From Opitutia bacterium (lineage in GTDB: Bacteria > Verrucomicrobiota > Verrucomicrobiia > Opitutales > UBA953), in contig JBAXIK010000001.1 in the NCBI GenBank assembly GCA_037138415.1, positions 1 through 49,995 of the forward strand: DNA of 49,995 bases. The letters are read 5' to 3'. Each line of letters opens with the position of its first letter. Position 1 is the first letter of the stretch. Below are positions 1 to 9,646 of this stretch, in pieces. The position numbers and the translations under genes are program-made. A model generated the notes under the pieces. The model did no database searches. It was not told where the DNA came from and saw nothing but the letters and a program-made list of their open reading frames with translations.

Positions 1-558
1 AATACGGATGATGGCATCTACTTCGGAAAGTTGTTCGACGACGATAATCGTCTGTTTGCCGAGGCGGCGACCCATCAAGGCTAGCTCAATATACTCTTCA
101 TCTTTGTAACCGTTACAGATGAGTAAGGCTTTACGATTTTCGAGTAAGGCCAGGGCGATAATCAGTTCTGGTTTAGATCCAGCTTCTAATCCGAAATCAT
201 ACTCTTCACCGGCATCGAGAATTTCTTCTACGACTTCGCGCAATTGATTTACTTTAATCGGAAAAACTCCGCGATAACGTGCGTGGTAGTCTTCTTCTTC
301 GATCGCACGACGAAATGCTTCGTTGATTTGGGTGACACGATGACGAAGCAAATCTTGAACACGGATTGTCAGGGGTGGTTTTAGGCCAGACGCTTCCGCT
401 TCCTTCACAATATCGACGATGCGAATCTTACGATGATCACCTATCGGGTGAACACAAAGATTCCCTTGGGTGTCGACCGAGAAGTTATTACCTCCCCAGC
501 GTTTAAAGCCGTAGTAATCTTCGGCGTGTTTGATGGTCCAAGACGGTTGTTTGCTCAC
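1..558 (-). CDS. speA: Biosynthetic arginine decarboxylase, N-terminal part (C-terminus lies beyond the left window edge)
   Basis: Manual minus-strand translation from GTG at 558 gives VSKQPSWTIKHAEDYYGFKRWGGNNF...RGVFPIKVNQ...FGLEAGSKPEL...LICNGYKDEEYIELAL. This is collinear with the E. coli SpeA N-terminal region. A stop lies 4 codons upstream of the GTG. It is absent from the ORF track because it is open at the window edge. Confidence 0.85.
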   Translation of the reverse strand, partial: MSKQPSWTIKHAEDYYGFKRWGGNNFSVDTQGNLCVHPIGDHRKIRIVDIVKEAEASGLKPPLTIRVQDLLRHRVTQINEAFRRAIEEEDYHARYRGVFPIKVNQLREVVEEILDAGEEYDFGLEAGSKPELIIALALLENRKALLICNGYKDEEYIELALMGRRLGKQTIIVVEQLSEVDAIIRI

Positions 559-668
559 GTGTGTAGAACGTCAGACATTTAATCGTCTCGCTGAGAGTGC
601 AAGGGGAAATCGTGGTAAATTTAACCTTCGGACTCGACCCCTTGGCGTCCTGGGATTGTGATAGGTCC

Positions 669-1397
669 ATGTCCGCGTCCGACATAATCAAAGCTACGAT
701 AAAATTACGTTCACAATTACGTGATCTACAATTTCCTAGTCCGGCTGATTATGTTTATAGTCCCTTGGACTACGCTTGGGAGTCGCACGAAGCGTATTTG
801 ACAAAGTATGGTGCGCTGGGACCGAAAAAAGTGCTTTTTTTAGGTATGAACCCTGGCCCATTCGGCATGGCTCAGACGGGAATTCCCTTTGGGGAAATTG
901 AGTCGGTTCGTGACTGGATGGGTTTGGAGCGACCAGTCGGGCGACCAACTCGAGAGCATCCGAGTAAGAAAGTCATGGGCTTTGCTTCCACGAGATCGGA
1001 AGTGAGCGGACGAAGACTGTGGGGATTATTTAAGGAGCGATTTGGCAACGCCGATAATTTTTTCAAAGATCATTGGGTCCATAATTATAATCCGTTACTG
1101 TTTATCGAAAATACCAAAATCGGACGCAATGTTGTCCCAGAAGAACTTCCAGCCGAATCCATTCGCGCAGTCAACGAAGCATGTGACGCCTATCTGCGAG
1201 TCTTGGTTGATGAGATGAAAATTAAAACCGTCGTCGGTGTAGGCGGATACGCCGAAACGCGGGCCCGTGAAGCGCTTGAGGGTTATCCTATTCAATTTGC
1301 GAAGGTCTTGCATCCGAGTCCCGCGAGTCCGGTTGCTAATCGTGGTTGGGCTGAGGCTGCCACGCGTGAACTTAAAGCACAAGGAGTCTGGCAATAA
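669..1397 (+). CDS. SMUG1-family (family 3) uracil-DNA glycosylase
   Basis: Both family signatures are present: GMNPGPFGMAQTGIPFGE and HPSPASPVANRGW. From memory the protein is collinear with human SMUG1 along most of its length. The track ORF starts at 597; the internal ATG at 669 is preferred because it removes a non-conserved leader, but the start is uncertain. Confidence 0.85.
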   Translation: MSASDIIKATIKLRSQLRDLQFPSPADYVYSPLDYAWESHEAYLTKYGALGPKKVLFLGMNPGPFGMAQTGIPFGEIESVRDWMGLERPVGRPTREHPSKKVMGFASTRSEVSGRRLWGLFKERFGNADNFFKDHWVHNYNPLLFIENTKIGRNVVPEELPAESIRAVNEACDAYLRVLVDEMKIKTVVGVGGYAETRAREALEGYPIQFAKVLHPSPASPVANRGWAEAATRELKAQGVWQ

Positions 1398-2203
1398 TGG
1401 CTTTCATTGAATCCATTTTGGCGCGTCCCTATTTTCGTCAAAAACTTTGGCAGTGGTGGTATCCGTATTTCACCCGAAAGGTTAAAAGCCAAGGAATCGA
1501 TTTTTTGAATTATGCTTTTGAGTCTGAACCGCGCGTCCAGATTCCGTTGGAGGTTTCGGATGAACAAAATCGACCTAATATTCAGCTTTATCATCATATC
1601 GCTTCGTACGCAGATTTTAAAAATAAAAGAGTACTCGAGGTGAGTTGCGGACATGGCGGCGGGGCATCGTACCTCACCCGATATTTGAAACCTCTTGAAT
1701 ATACAGCCATGGATTTAAATCCAGCAGCCATTGAATATTGTCGAGGTCGTCACGCTGTAACCGGATTAAAATTCATGCAAGGGGATGCGATGAACTTACC
1801 TTTCGCTGACGAAAGTTTTGACGTCGTAATCAATGTTGAGGCTTCCCATTGCTACCCAAGTTTTTCTCAATTCCTAAAAGAAGTTGCGCGAGTTTTAAAA
1901 CCTGGTGGGCAATTAGTTTATGCTGATTTACGGTACGAAAGTGGGGTGGAGGAATGGATGAAGGATTTATTTACCCAACCCTCATTGCACGTGAATCAGA
2001 TGCGTCTGATTAATCCCGAAATTATTCGGGGGATGGAATTAAACACCCCACGTTATACGCAAATGGTTAAAGACTGTTTGCCCCCCTATTGGCATAAACT
2101 GGCCCTCGATTTCGCGGGCGTAAAGGGGTCGCGACTTTATCGCGATGCTCAGAGCGGTGAACTCACTTATCGTTCACTCCATTTGACTAAGATTAAACAT
2201 TAA
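1397..2203 (+). CDS. Class I SAM-dependent methyltransferase (Methyltransf_11 type, resembles the mycobacterial phthiotriol dimycocerosate O-methyltransferase family)
   Basis: SAM motif I is VLEVSCGHGGGASYL, followed by NVEASHCYP and a C-terminal GELTYRSLHLTK. The start overlaps the upstream stop (TAATG at 1395-1399). Confidence 0.8.
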   Translation: MAFIESILARPYFRQKLWQWWYPYFTRKVKSQGIDFLNYAFESEPRVQIPLEVSDEQNRPNIQLYHHIASYADFKNKRVLEVSCGHGGGASYLTRYLKPLEYTAMDLNPAAIEYCRGRHAVTGLKFMQGDAMNLPFADESFDVVINVEASHCYPSFSQFLKEVARVLKPGGQLVYADLRYESGVEEWMKDLFTQPSLHVNQMRLINPEIIRGMELNTPRYTQMVKDCLPPYWHKLALDFAGVKGSRLYRDAQSGELTYRSLHLTKIKH

Positions 2204-4005
2204 CCCTTTCGGGATTCGAGTTCGAGCCAGCGTTGCACGGCAAGGTTATGTTCAGCATCAATCGTTTGTAAGCGCTTTTGTAGTTCGGTAAAAAGTGCGC
2301 CACCATTTTTGTATAAATCGGGATCCGCTAACTGCAGTGCAATTTTCGATTGTTCGGTTTCGAGTTCGGCAATCTTACCAGGAAGCTCGATAATATCTTG
2401 GCGGTCTTTATTACTTAGCTTGGCTGATTTGCCAGCTACCGGTTTAGTTTCGGGCGGTGGAGTTGCTTTTGCCACGATGGGTTGTGCACGTTTACTGTTT
2501 GAAACTCGTTCCACTTCATTACGCCAATCGGTATAACCGCCGGCATGTTCGGTAACGATACCATTGCCTTCAAAGACGAGGGTGCTGGTAACCACGTTAT
2601 CGAGGAAATCACGATCGTGACTGACGATGATGAGTGTACCTTTGTATTCAACCAATAGATCTTCAAGTACGTCTAAAGTTTCGGCATCTAAATCATTGGT
2701 CGGTTCGTCGAGAACCAATACATTGGCTGGTTTGGTGAACAGACGGGCCAGGAGGAGGCGATTACGTTCACCACCAGAGAGCACTTTGGCTTTGGAGCGA
2801 GCGCGAGTGGGTTCGAATAAGAAATCTTGTAGGTAGCTGATTACATGTCGGGATCGTCCTTGGACTTCAACCGTGTCTGAATCCCCAGCGAGATTTTCAG
2901 CGACCGTTAAATTATCGTTAATTAGCCCGCGCATTTGGTCGAAGTAAACGACTTCGAGTTTAGTTCCGAATTTAATATTTCCACCGGTTGGTTCGAGTTG
3001 TCCCATCAACATTTTAACTAAAGTAGTTTTGCCAGCACCGTTGGGGCCGATGAGACCGACCTTGTCTCCGCGGTTTAAGCGTAAGGTGAAATCGCGAATA
3101 ACTTTTTGGTCATTACCGTAGGAAAATTCGATATTTTCTGCTTCCACGACCCGTTCGCCGGAGCGATCGGCGTTACTAATTTCCATTTTAGCGGCACCCG
3201 TGACACTGCGCATATCGGCACGGACCTGTCGGAGGACTTTCAACGCCTCCATCCGGGCATTAGATTTTGTTCGGCGAGCGCCTGGACTTCTGCGCGACCA
3301 GGCTTCTTCTTGTGAAAGTTTTTTATCAAAGGCTGCTTTCTGACGTTCTTCAGCGATAAATAGTTCTTCTTTCCGAACCAAGTAAGTATCGTAATCGCAA
3401 GACCAACTCATCAGCTTTCCGCGGTCTAGTTCGATGATGCGATTCGCCATGCGACGGAGAAAAGCCCGATCGTGCGTGACGAATAAAAGAGGAATCTTTT
3501 CTTCTAACAAAAATTCTTCCATCCAGAGAATCGACTCCAAGTCCATGTGATTGGTTGGTTCATCGAGTAAAAGTAAATCGGGCTTCGCCGCGAGCGCTTG
3601 GGCGAGTAGGCAGCGACGTTTGAGACCACCGGATAAATCATCAAACGCTTTTTCGGGATCGAGACCGAGGCGTTCGATTAAACTATCGACGCGGACATCG
3701 CGTTCCCAGTCTTCTTCGATGGAGTCGGTGCGTAAGCCACTTTCTACAATGCTGCGAACATTACCCGGCAGGTGATGCGGGATTTCTTGGGTTAGTCGGG
3801 CCTGGGTCACACCATCGTGGTGAGTAATGGCTCCGGAGTCGGGTGCCATTTCGCCGGCAGCAATCCGCATGAGCGTAGTTTTACCTGCTCCATTGCGACC
3901 CAATAAACATACTCTTTCGCCTTCTTCGATTTGTAAGTTCAAATGATCAAGCACGGCTGGCCCGCCGAAATTAACGCAAATATCTAGTAAACTAAGGAGA
4001 GCCAT
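2200..4005 (-). CDS. ABC-F family ATPase (Uup-like, two ABC cassettes and a C-terminal coiled coil)
   Basis: There are two Walker A motifs (GRNGAGKTT, GPNGAGKTT) and two ABC signatures (LSGGLKRR, LSGGERNR). There is no transmembrane domain and the tail is charged and helical. Confidence 0.9.
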   Translation of the reverse strand: MALLSLLDICVNFGGPAVLDHLNLQIEEGERVCLLGRNGAGKTTLMRIAAGEMAPDSGAITHHDGVTQARLTQEIPHHLPGNVRSIVESGLRTDSIEEDWERDVRVDSLIERLGLDPEKAFDDLSGGLKRRCLLAQALAAKPDLLLLDEPTNHMDLESILWMEEFLLEEKIPLLFVTHDRAFLRRMANRIIELDRGKLMSWSCDYDTYLVRKEELFIAEERQKAAFDKKLSQEEAWSRRSPGARRTKSNARMEALKVLRQVRADMRSVTGAAKMEISNADRSGERVVEAENIEFSYGNDQKVIRDFTLRLNRGDKVGLIGPNGAGKTTLVKMLMGQLEPTGGNIKFGTKLEVVYFDQMRGLINDNLTVAENLAGDSDTVEVQGRSRHVISYLQDFLFEPTRARSKAKVLSGGERNRLLLARLFTKPANVLVLDEPTNDLDAETLDVLEDLLVEYKGTLIIVSHDRDFLDNVVTSTLVFEGNGIVTEHAGGYTDWRNEVERVSNSKRAQPIVAKATPPPETKPVAGKSAKLSNKDRQDIIELPGKIAELETEQSKIALQLADPDLYKNGGALFTELQKRLQTIDAEHNLAVQRWLELESRKG

Positions 4006-4049
4006 AATCGTTGATTTGCGTTAAACTAAATTGATAAGCGAGAAAAGAT

Positions 4050-5348
4050 TTATCCAATTTTCTTAAGTTTGCTAATTTCAGGAAATTGCCACGCGGTGAT
4101 ACCCATCACGCCAAAGACGGCTAGTCCGCCGATGATGACAGAATTAACGGTGCCGAAAATACGCGCCATCAGGCCTGATTCCGCCATCCCAAGTTCATTA
4201 GAACAGCCAATAAAGACGGCGGTAACGGCGGACACTCGCCCCATCATTTCGGGCGGCACACTGGTCTGTAGTATCGTTTGGCGGATGATGACATTTACCG
4301 CGTCAGCGGCCCCGGAGATAAATAAAAATAGACAACTTAAGATAAAGGCACCGATGAGTCCAAAGCCCAAGAATTCTGCAATCGGAATGGCAAAGCCAAA
4401 GCCGATGATACAGAAACCGAATATCGCAAAAGACAGATAGAGTGCACGACCTGCGTTTTTAAATGAGGGCAGAAAAATTAAGCAGACGGACGTGATCACG
4501 GCACCACTGGAAGTAGCTGCACGCAGCACACCAAATCCTAATTCTCCCACCTGTAGCATTTCGGCGAAAAGAGGGAGTAGTGCCACGGCGCCACCCAAGA
4601 GAACTGCAAATAAATCCAACGTAAATGCGCCGAGCATGACACGTTGGCCAAGCATGAAATTGATGCCCGCTCGCAAGCTTTGAAAGATCGGCTCGCGAAC
4701 TTTGGATTGTAATTTTTGACTCGTTCGTACGCACGAGGTGGAAATGAGCGCAGACAAAAGTAAGACAGTCATAACGGTATAGGCTAAGTTGGTGCCACCA
4801 TACCAAAGCATCACTCCGCCGACACCGGGTCCGAGGACTGACGCTAGTTCAAACAGTGTATTTCGCCAACGAATGGCGTTAGACATTTTTTCTCGTGTTA
4901 GGATTTCTGCGAGCATTGCCTGTCGGGACGTCGTCAAAAAACTTCGGGCGACCCCTCCCAGCACTACGACGGAATAGAGAATGAATAATTTGACGGCGGG
5001 CGTTTCGAAGCTGGAGGTAGAAAATAAAACTACGCCGAATAAAAACATGGAACCGAGGGCACTACAGGCAATGCGATGGCGATTATGATTGTCGGCAAAG
5101 TGACCCGCAAAAAGTACGGTACTCACAAAAGGAATGACTTCAGCGAGGCCGATACCTCCGAGCGCAAGTGCGGCAAGTTTATGATCAGCTTTGGTTAACT
5201 GAAAAACTTGCCAGGCGATCGCTACGCCTTGAATCTGGATGGCTAAGGTACCAAGAACTAAGCCGGAGATATAAAAACGGAAGGGGGTGGACTTGATGGC
5301 GGAAGTGCCTGTGGGTTCATTCAAGTTCATTCTCCGCATTTGACGCAC
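4050..5348 (-). CDS. MFS transporter (about 12 TM segments, substrate unknown)
   Basis: The 432-aa ORF is hydrophobic throughout with about 12 helix-length segments, typical of MFS. No substrate-specific motif was recognised. Confidence 0.75.
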   Translation of the reverse strand: MRQMRRMNLNEPTGTSAIKSTPFRFYISGLVLGTLAIQIQGVAIAWQVFQLTKADHKLAALALGGIGLAEVIPFVSTVLFAGHFADNHNRHRIACSALGSMFLFGVVLFSTSSFETPAVKLFILYSVVVLGGVARSFLTTSRQAMLAEILTREKMSNAIRWRNTLFELASVLGPGVGGVMLWYGGTNLAYTVMTVLLLSALISTSCVRTSQKLQSKVREPIFQSLRAGINFMLGQRVMLGAFTLDLFAVLLGGAVALLPLFAEMLQVGELGFGVLRAATSSGAVITSVCLIFLPSFKNAGRALYLSFAIFGFCIIGFGFAIPIAEFLGFGLIGAFILSCLFLFISGAADAVNVIIRQTILQTSVPPEMMGRVSAVTAVFIGCSNELGMAESGLMARIFGTVNSVIIGGLAVFGVMGITAWQFPEISKLKKIG

Positions 5349-5426
5349 AATTGCTTAATGGTCAAACCTGCTTAAAAGTTGTTAAAATATCACACAATCT
5401 TCACTTTCTGGGGTGCCTTTTAATCT

Positions 5427-5455
5427 TTCAAAGAATGTGATTTTACCTTCATAAT
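5427..5455 (+). promoter_or_regulatory. Candidate sigma70-type promoter for glmM (TTCAAA-17 nt-CATAAT)
   Basis: The -35-like TTCAAA (5427-5432) and -10-like CATAAT (5450-5455) are separated by a 17-nt spacer and lie 27 nt upstream of the glmM ATG. This is a pattern match only. Confidence 0.3.
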
Positions 5456-5481
5456 GAGAATTAACCTAATTTAAAAATATT

Positions 5482-6831
5482 ATGACCCAAAAGTTATTTG
5501 GTACAGATGGTATTCGTGGTCGTGCGAATGAGTATCCGATTACCTCTGAGGTCGCGCTGAAGGCGGGTCAGGCTATTTCTCGTGTCTTAAAATCTAAAGG
5601 GGCAAATCATAATCGTGTGGTGATTGGCAAGGATACCCGAATTTCTGGGTATATGTTAGAAACTGCGCTGACCAGTGGTCTTGTGGCGAGCGGGATGGAT
5701 GTTTTTCTAGTCGGTCCGATGCCGACCCCCGCGGTAGCCCATTTAACTAAATCGATGGGTTGTGGAGCCGGTATCATGCTGACGGCCTCTCATAATCCTT
5801 ATGAAGATAATGGTCTCAAAATTTTTGGACCCGACGGTTATAAATTATCCGACGAATTAGAACGCCAGATTGAAGCTGAAATTATTTCATCGCAAAAACA
5901 GCCCTTAGTGGCCCCCGCGCAAATTGGAAAAGCTTTGCGGATTAATGACGCCAGCGGACGTTACATCGAGTACGCCAAACAAAGTGCGGGCATCGTTGAT
6001 TTATCAGGACTGAAAATCGTCATCGATTGCGGACACGGTGCGGCCTATCAAATCGCCCCGGTGATTTTTCGAGAACTGGGAGCTGAAGTAATCAAGTTAG
6101 CGGTCGAACCCAACGGTTTGAATATTAACGACGGAGTAGGGGCTTTGCATCCTGAATACGCTGGTAAAGTCGTGAAAGAGCAGGGTGCTGATATCGGTAT
6201 ATCTTTCGATGGTGATGCGGATCGCGTGATTTTTAGCGATGAAACAGGTGCATCCATTTCCGGAGATCGCATTTTAGTTTTATGTGCGCTGGCGCTTAAA
6301 CAAGCGGGTCTTTTGCGTAACGATACGATGGTCACCACCGTGATGAGTAATCTTGGACTGCATGAGGTCTTACGTGCTGCTGGGATTAACGTCGTGACCT
6401 CGGCTGTAGGCGATCGACATGTGATTGAAGCGCTCCGTAAGGGTGGTTTCTCCTTCGGTGGCGAAAATTCCGGTCACTTAATTTTTGCAGATCACGCAAC
6501 GACGGGTGACGGTATTCTCAGTGCGATTCAAATTTTACGAATTATGAAGCAACAGGGTAAGAAAATTTCCGACCTGGTAAAAGTGATGCATGAATACCCG
6601 AGCACATTGCTGAATTTAAAAATTAAGTCTAAGCCTCCGATTGAGTCTTTAACCCAATTGCAAAAGACGATACGCGAAGCGGACCAAGCTTTTGGTCAAG
6701 TCGGACGTCACTTAATTCGCTATTCTGGAACCGAAAACAAAATCCGTATCTTAGTCGAACACCGTGAGAAATCGGAAGTCGATGCCTGGACTCAGCGTTT
6801 CCAACAAGCCCTGGAGAAAGATCTAGCTTAA
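5482..6831 (+). CDS. glmM: Phosphoglucosamine mutase
   Basis: The N-terminus is LFGTDGIRGRANE, the active-site serine loop is TASHNPYEDNGLK, the metal loop is FDGDADR, and the sugar-binding motif GENSGH is present. Confidence 0.95.
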   Translation: MTQKLFGTDGIRGRANEYPITSEVALKAGQAISRVLKSKGANHNRVVIGKDTRISGYMLETALTSGLVASGMDVFLVGPMPTPAVAHLTKSMGCGAGIMLTASHNPYEDNGLKIFGPDGYKLSDELERQIEAEIISSQKQPLVAPAQIGKALRINDASGRYIEYAKQSAGIVDLSGLKIVIDCGHGAAYQIAPVIFRELGAEVIKLAVEPNGLNINDGVGALHPEYAGKVVKEQGADIGISFDGDADRVIFSDETGASISGDRILVLCALALKQAGLLRNDTMVTTVMSNLGLHEVLRAAGINVVTSAVGDRHVIEALRKGGFSFGGENSGHLIFADHATTGDGILSAIQILRIMKQQGKKISDLVKVMHEYPSTLLNLKIKSKPPIESLTQLQKTIREADQAFGQVGRHLIRYSGTENKIRILVEHREKSEVDAWTQRFQQALEKDLA

Positions 6832-6833
6832 TC

Positions 6834-7718
6834 ATGCCTCTCTATAATCTCATTAAATCCAAGGCATCGGTGGCAGCGGAACCGATTATCGTAACGCGAA
6901 CTTGGGCACAAGTTCCCTTAGCTAATATCCCATTAGAAGCGCACCACCAAACTATTTTAGCAGCCGCGGGTTGTTCTTATTCCAAGGATGAGGTCGTAGC
7001 GATAAAAGTTCATCCACAGGCCTGGTTGGATCCCATTGAAGTTATTAAATTTTTTGACGACTCAGCCGCAGGTGAACTCCAAGATACGGCCGGAGAATCT
7101 TTGATTACGTACAAGGAGCGCGGAAAGAAAATTCATTATGCGCAAAAAAGTTTTTTGCTGGTTTACAGCTGGGATATTTTGAAGGCCAACGAATTGGCGG
7201 TAGCTCTAAACACGGTATGGGAAAATAAAGGCATCGCTCATTCATCGCTTTATGTAGATGGCAAACTTTCGGTCGGTGCTGGTACAAAAATTTTACCCGG
7301 TGTGGTTATCGAAGGTGACGTAATCATTGGTTCCAATTGTAAGATTGGACCCAATTGTTATATCCGAGGATCTACCTCGATTGGTCAGCTGTGTCACATC
7401 GGACAAGCCGTTGAAATTAAGAATTCCGTCATTTTTAATCAGTCTAATGTCGGACACCTCTCGTATATCGGCGACTCCATCTTGGGGGAGAAAGTTAATT
7501 TAGGTTCTGGAACTACGACCTCTAATCTGCGTCATGATGGCAAGACTCATAGCAGCAAGGTCGCGGATAAGTTGGTCGATACTGGACGCCGAAAATTCGG
7601 CACAGTCATTGGCGATAACGTCCATACTGGCATTAACACATCCATTTACCCTGGCCGCAAAATTTGGCCGGGACTTACGACTCGACCTGCAGATATTGTC
7701 ATCCAAGATTTACACTAA
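6834..7718 (+). CDS. Left-handed beta-helix (hexapeptide) acyltransferase resembling the GlmU acetyltransferase domain, without a recognisable uridylyltransferase N-domain
   Basis: The C-terminal half has hexapeptide repeats. The stretch HLSYIGDSILGEKVNLGSGTTTSNL...FGTVIGDNVHTGINTSI parallels E. coli GlmU [27 protein letters not shown]...IIGDDVFVGSDT. The N-terminal ~140 aa lack the G-x-G-T-R nucleotidyltransferase motif. Confidence 0.6.
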   Translation: MPLYNLIKSKASVAAEPIIVTRTWAQVPLANIPLEAHHQTILAAAGCSYSKDEVVAIKVHPQAWLDPIEVIKFFDDSAAGELQDTAGESLITYKERGKKIHYAQKSFLLVYSWDILKANELAVALNTVWENKGIAHSSLYVDGKLSVGAGTKILPGVVIEGDVIIGSNCKIGPNCYIRGSTSIGQLCHIGQAVEIKNSVIFNQSNVGHLSYIGDSILGEKVNLGSGTTTSNLRHDGKTHSSKVADKLVDTGRRKFGTVIGDNVHTGINTSIYPGRKIWPGLTTRPADIVIQDLH

Positions 7719-7734
7719 TTAAACCCAACAAACT

Positions 7735-9573
7735 ATGTGCGGCATTATCGGATATATCGGAACGCGTCCTGCGACTCCCATCCTCATTGGTGGTCTCAAG
7801 CGACTTGAATATCGTGGATATGATTCAGCCGGCTTGGCGTTATTGGATGCCCAGGGTCTGACCACCTTTAAGGCCGTCGGTAAAGTTGCTCGCTTGGTGG
7901 ATAAGCTGCGTGGCGATCTCTCGGCTGAGAAGCATGAAAGCTTCACGGTGGGTATTGCACACACCCGCTGGGCGACGCACGGTGCACCTACCGAAATCAA
8001 TGCTCACCCGCATTTTGATAAGAGTCGAAAAATTTGCGTAGTTCATAATGGCATTATCGAAAACTATCGTGCCATCCGTGAAAAACTTCAGAGCGAAGGT
8101 CATAAGTTTGATTCCGATACTGATACCGAAGCGTTATCACGCTTAATTGGTGTTCATTACCATGGCGATTTACGCTTAGCGGTGGTTAAAGCTCTGCAAC
8201 AGGTAGAAGGAGCCTACGGTATCGCTGTTTTGTGTGCCGACGAACCCAATAAGATTGTGGTGGCCCGCAAAGGTAGTCCACTCGTCATCGGTATGGGTGA
8301 TGGAGAGTGCTTGGTCGCCTCTGATGCCTCGGCCTTAGTGGCTCACACCCAACGGGTGATCTATTTAGACGACGGTGATATCGGGGTGATTACTGCTGAT
8401 AGTGTCGATATTCGTAATCAAGACGATGAGCCGATTTCGCGTGATGTTTCCGAGCTCGGTCTAGATATTGGAGCGGTTGAGAAGGGCGGCTTCGAGCACT
8501 TCATGCTCAAAGAAATTTTTGAACAACCGGAGTCCGTGCGCAATGCTCTTCGCGGTCGTATTAATGCCACGGAAGGCAATGTCGTTTTAGCTGGTATGAA
8601 TATTTCGCCTACGGAGTTGGCTCAAATTCAACGCATTGTTTTAGTCGGATGTGGTACCTCACTTCACGCTGGTATGGTGGGTGAATATGCTTTCGAAGAT
8701 GTCTCAGGAATTTCGGCTGAAGTTCAACAAGCTGCCGAGTTTAGATATCGAAATCCCATCGTTGATCACCACGATCTCGTCATCGCAGTTTCACAGTCGG
8801 GTGAGACGGCCGATACTTTAGCAGCCATTCGTAAGGCCAAAGAAAAAGGCACTATGATTCTAGGTTTAGTGAATGTGGTCGGCTCCGCGATTGCGCGTGA
8901 GACCGGACGTGGGGTGTTCATTCACGCTGGACCCGAAATTTCTGTGGCGTCGACCAAGGCATTTACCGGTCAGGTCGCGGTATTACTTTTAATGGCCTTG
9001 AAGTTGGGACGTACACGTCGACTCTCCCAAGAACACGGCATAGAGTTAGCTCAAGAAATCAATCAGTTGCCCGAGATGATTGATTTTGTGCTGAAGCAAA
9101 ATGATGCCATTGCGAAAGTCGCAGAGCGCATGGCGAAGTCCGACCACGCGTTCTTCATTGGTCGTGGGCCGATGCATCCCGTGGCTTTAGAAGGTGCCCT
9201 TAAATTAAAGGAAATTTCCTATGTTCATGCCGAGGGCTATCATGCCGCTGAGCTTAAGCATGGTCCGATCGCCTTACTGACTCCTGGTACTCCAGTGATT
9301 GTTTTAGCGAACCAGACTTCGGTACTCGATAAGGTCTGGAGTAATGCTGAGGAATGCAAAGCCCGCGGTGCACACGTTATTGCGGTTGTGACCGAGGGCC
9401 ACCCGAAGACTGATTTAACGGACGATATTATTGTGATTCCTAAATGTAGTCCGTTGGTGGCGACTATTCCCGCTGCCGTCGCTTTACAACTTTTGGCTTA
9501 TCACGTGGCACGCATTCGCGGATGTTCGATTGATCAGCCTAGAAACTTGGCTAAGTCGGTCACGGTTGAGTAG
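7735..9573 (+). CDS. glmS: Glutamine--fructose-6-phosphate aminotransferase (isomerising)
   Basis: It starts with MCGIIGYIG (N-terminal nucleophile Cys2), has two SIS domains (SQSGETADT) and ends with the canonical KSVTVE. Confidence 0.97.
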   Translation: MCGIIGYIGTRPATPILIGGLKRLEYRGYDSAGLALLDAQGLTTFKAVGKVARLVDKLRGDLSAEKHESFTVGIAHTRWATHGAPTEINAHPHFDKSRKICVVHNGIIENYRAIREKLQSEGHKFDSDTDTEALSRLIGVHYHGDLRLAVVKALQQVEGAYGIAVLCADEPNKIVVARKGSPLVIGMGDGECLVASDASALVAHTQRVIYLDDGDIGVITADSVDIRNQDDEPISRDVSELGLDIGAVEKGGFEHFMLKEIFEQPESVRNALRGRINATEGNVVLAGMNISPTELAQIQRIVLVGCGTSLHAGMVGEYAFEDVSGISAEVQQAAEFRYRNPIVDHHDLVIAVSQSGETADTLAAIRKAKEKGTMILGLVNVVGSAIARETGRGVFIHAGPEISVASTKAFTGQVAVLLLMALKLGRTRRLSQEHGIELAQEINQLPEMIDFVLKQNDAIAKVAERMAKSDHAFFIGRGPMHPVALEGALKLKEISYVHAEGYHAAELKHGPIALLTPGTPVIVLANQTSVLDKVWSNAEECKARGAHVIAVVTEGHPKTDLTDDIIVIPKCSPLVATIPAAVALQLLAYHVARIRGCSIDQPRNLAKSVTVE

Positions 9574-9646
9574 TCACTAGTTACTAGGGTAAAAACCTCA
9601 GTAGCGGGAACTTGATGCCGGTTCACTTTGTTTAAACACAAGGTGG

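Noticed and set aside
7719-7734. Possible glmS ribozyme upstream of glmS
   Set aside because: Only 16 nt separate glmS from the preceding gene, which is far too short for the ~170-nt ribozyme. The preceding sequence is coding.
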